DNA of 25,795 nt from assembly GCA_018260615.1 (NCBI GenBank), contig JAGWDQ010000121.1, positions 1 to 25,795 on the forward strand, read 5' to 3'. Each line of letters begins with the position of its first letter. The first letter of the stretch is position 1. Positions 25,185 through 25,795 of this stretch are shown one piece after another. A model generated the notes under the pieces. That model worked only from the letters and a program-made list of their open reading frames with translations. It was not told the origin of the DNA and searched no databases. Source of the stretch: Candidatus Altarchaeum sp. (GTDB taxonomy: Archaea; Altiarchaeota; Altiarchaeia; Altiarchaeales; Altiarchaeaceae). Both the position numbers and the translations under genes were made by a program.

Positions 25185-25703
25185 ATGGGCTTTTTAGACT
25201 GGTTATCCGGCACTACGGCAAATATTAAAATGGAGTCAATAAACCCGGAGAAAATATCGGTGGCAGGGGACTGGGAAATGTTTGGGCATGATTTGGAACA
25301 TACGGGAGAAACATCGGATGTAATTAAAAATCCGGAAAACCTAAAACTGAAGTGGAAATTTAAAACCGGAAGTTATGTGCGTTCATCACCCACAATTTCA
25401 GGAAATTTTGTTTATGTTGGTTCTTGGGATGGTTATGTTTATTGTCTGAATAAAAACACAGGGGAACTGATATGGAAATTTGAAACCGGAAGTGGTGTGT
25501 GGTCATCACCCGCAATTTCAGGAAATTTTGTTTATGTTGGTTCTTATGATAGTTATGTTTATTGTCTGAATAAAAACACAGGGAAACTGCTCTGGAAATT
25601 TCAAACCGGAAATTATGTGTCTTCATCACCCGCAATTTCAGGAAATTTTGTTTATGTTGGTTCTAATGATAGTTATGTTTATTGTCTGAATAAAAACACA
25701 TAG
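25185..25703 (+). pseudogene. Truncated PQQ-propeller paralog (3 blades) with an N-terminal amphipathic motif
   Basis: MGFLDWLSG...DWEMFGHDLEHTGETSDV, 3 blades, then ...CLNKNT followed by TAG at 25701 and unrelated sequence where gggga would be expected. Confidence 0.75.
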
Positions 25704-25795
25704 CGTCAAATAACCGTTGGAATTTCTGCACTGAGCTGATATATTTTTAATATTTTCTTGAGTAACACTTTTTCCCTATGCTTGTATTTTTCTTA

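Noticed and set aside
268-25635. Minus-strand ORFs and short alternative-frame plus-strand ORFs in the track (e.g. 268..801, 4826..5281, 10008..10574, 12007..12501, 19214..19708)
   Set aside because: They are shadows of repetitive Cys-rich or Lys/Glu-rich coding sequence that overlap well-supported genes and have no independent motifs.
2-25703. Annotating the propeller proteins as BamB or PQQ-dependent dehydrogenases
   Set aside because: They have only the repeat scaffold. There is no Gram-negative outer-membrane context or dehydrogenase catalytic features, and they are fused to TM/kinase modules.
25706-25795. Minus-strand EKYKHREKVLLKKILKIYQLSAEIPTVI* as a transposase C-terminus
   Set aside because: The frame begins with a stop at the window edge and only 28 codons are visible, too little to call an IS. 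It is kept only as a possibility in the junction finding.

Overview
AT-rich, all-plus-strand region that looks archaeal (LSGC lipobox, TATA-like elements, no obvious Shine-Dalgarno sites). A Ca. Altiarchaeum-like or other euryarchaeal/DPANN origin is my unverified guess. It is dominated by five paralogous modular genes built from 120-bp (40-aa) PQQ-type beta-propeller blades, optional Cys-rich repeats, an optional transmembrane helix, a repeated ~67-aa helical module, a Hanks-type Ser/Thr kinase and a conserved ~100-aa C-terminal helical domain. Two are membrane receptor kinases (2..2689, 5'-truncated, and 3582..7343). One is a membrane receptor that gained a carbohydrate-binding-like domain and cleanly lacks the kinase (7873..10833). 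One is a soluble kinase with no signal peptide or TM (18159..20993), and one is a truncated propeller (25185..25703). A PP2C phosphatase lies between the first two. All three kinases are non-RD (HLD). Interspersed are a dense non-coding hairpin array (7389..7759), a 1510-aa lipoprotein with CBM6/35-like, beta-helix and glycoamylase/DUF3131 (GH144/GH189-like) modules plus a truncated duplicate, a nucleotidyltransferase with a small partner ORF, an AlbA_2/HATPase gene plus an hsdS relic enclosed by 166-bp direct repeats of the kinase 3' end, and two hypothetical genes. No rRNA, tRNA, CRISPR array, reverse transcriptase or intact transposase was seen. All family assignments are by eye, without database searches.
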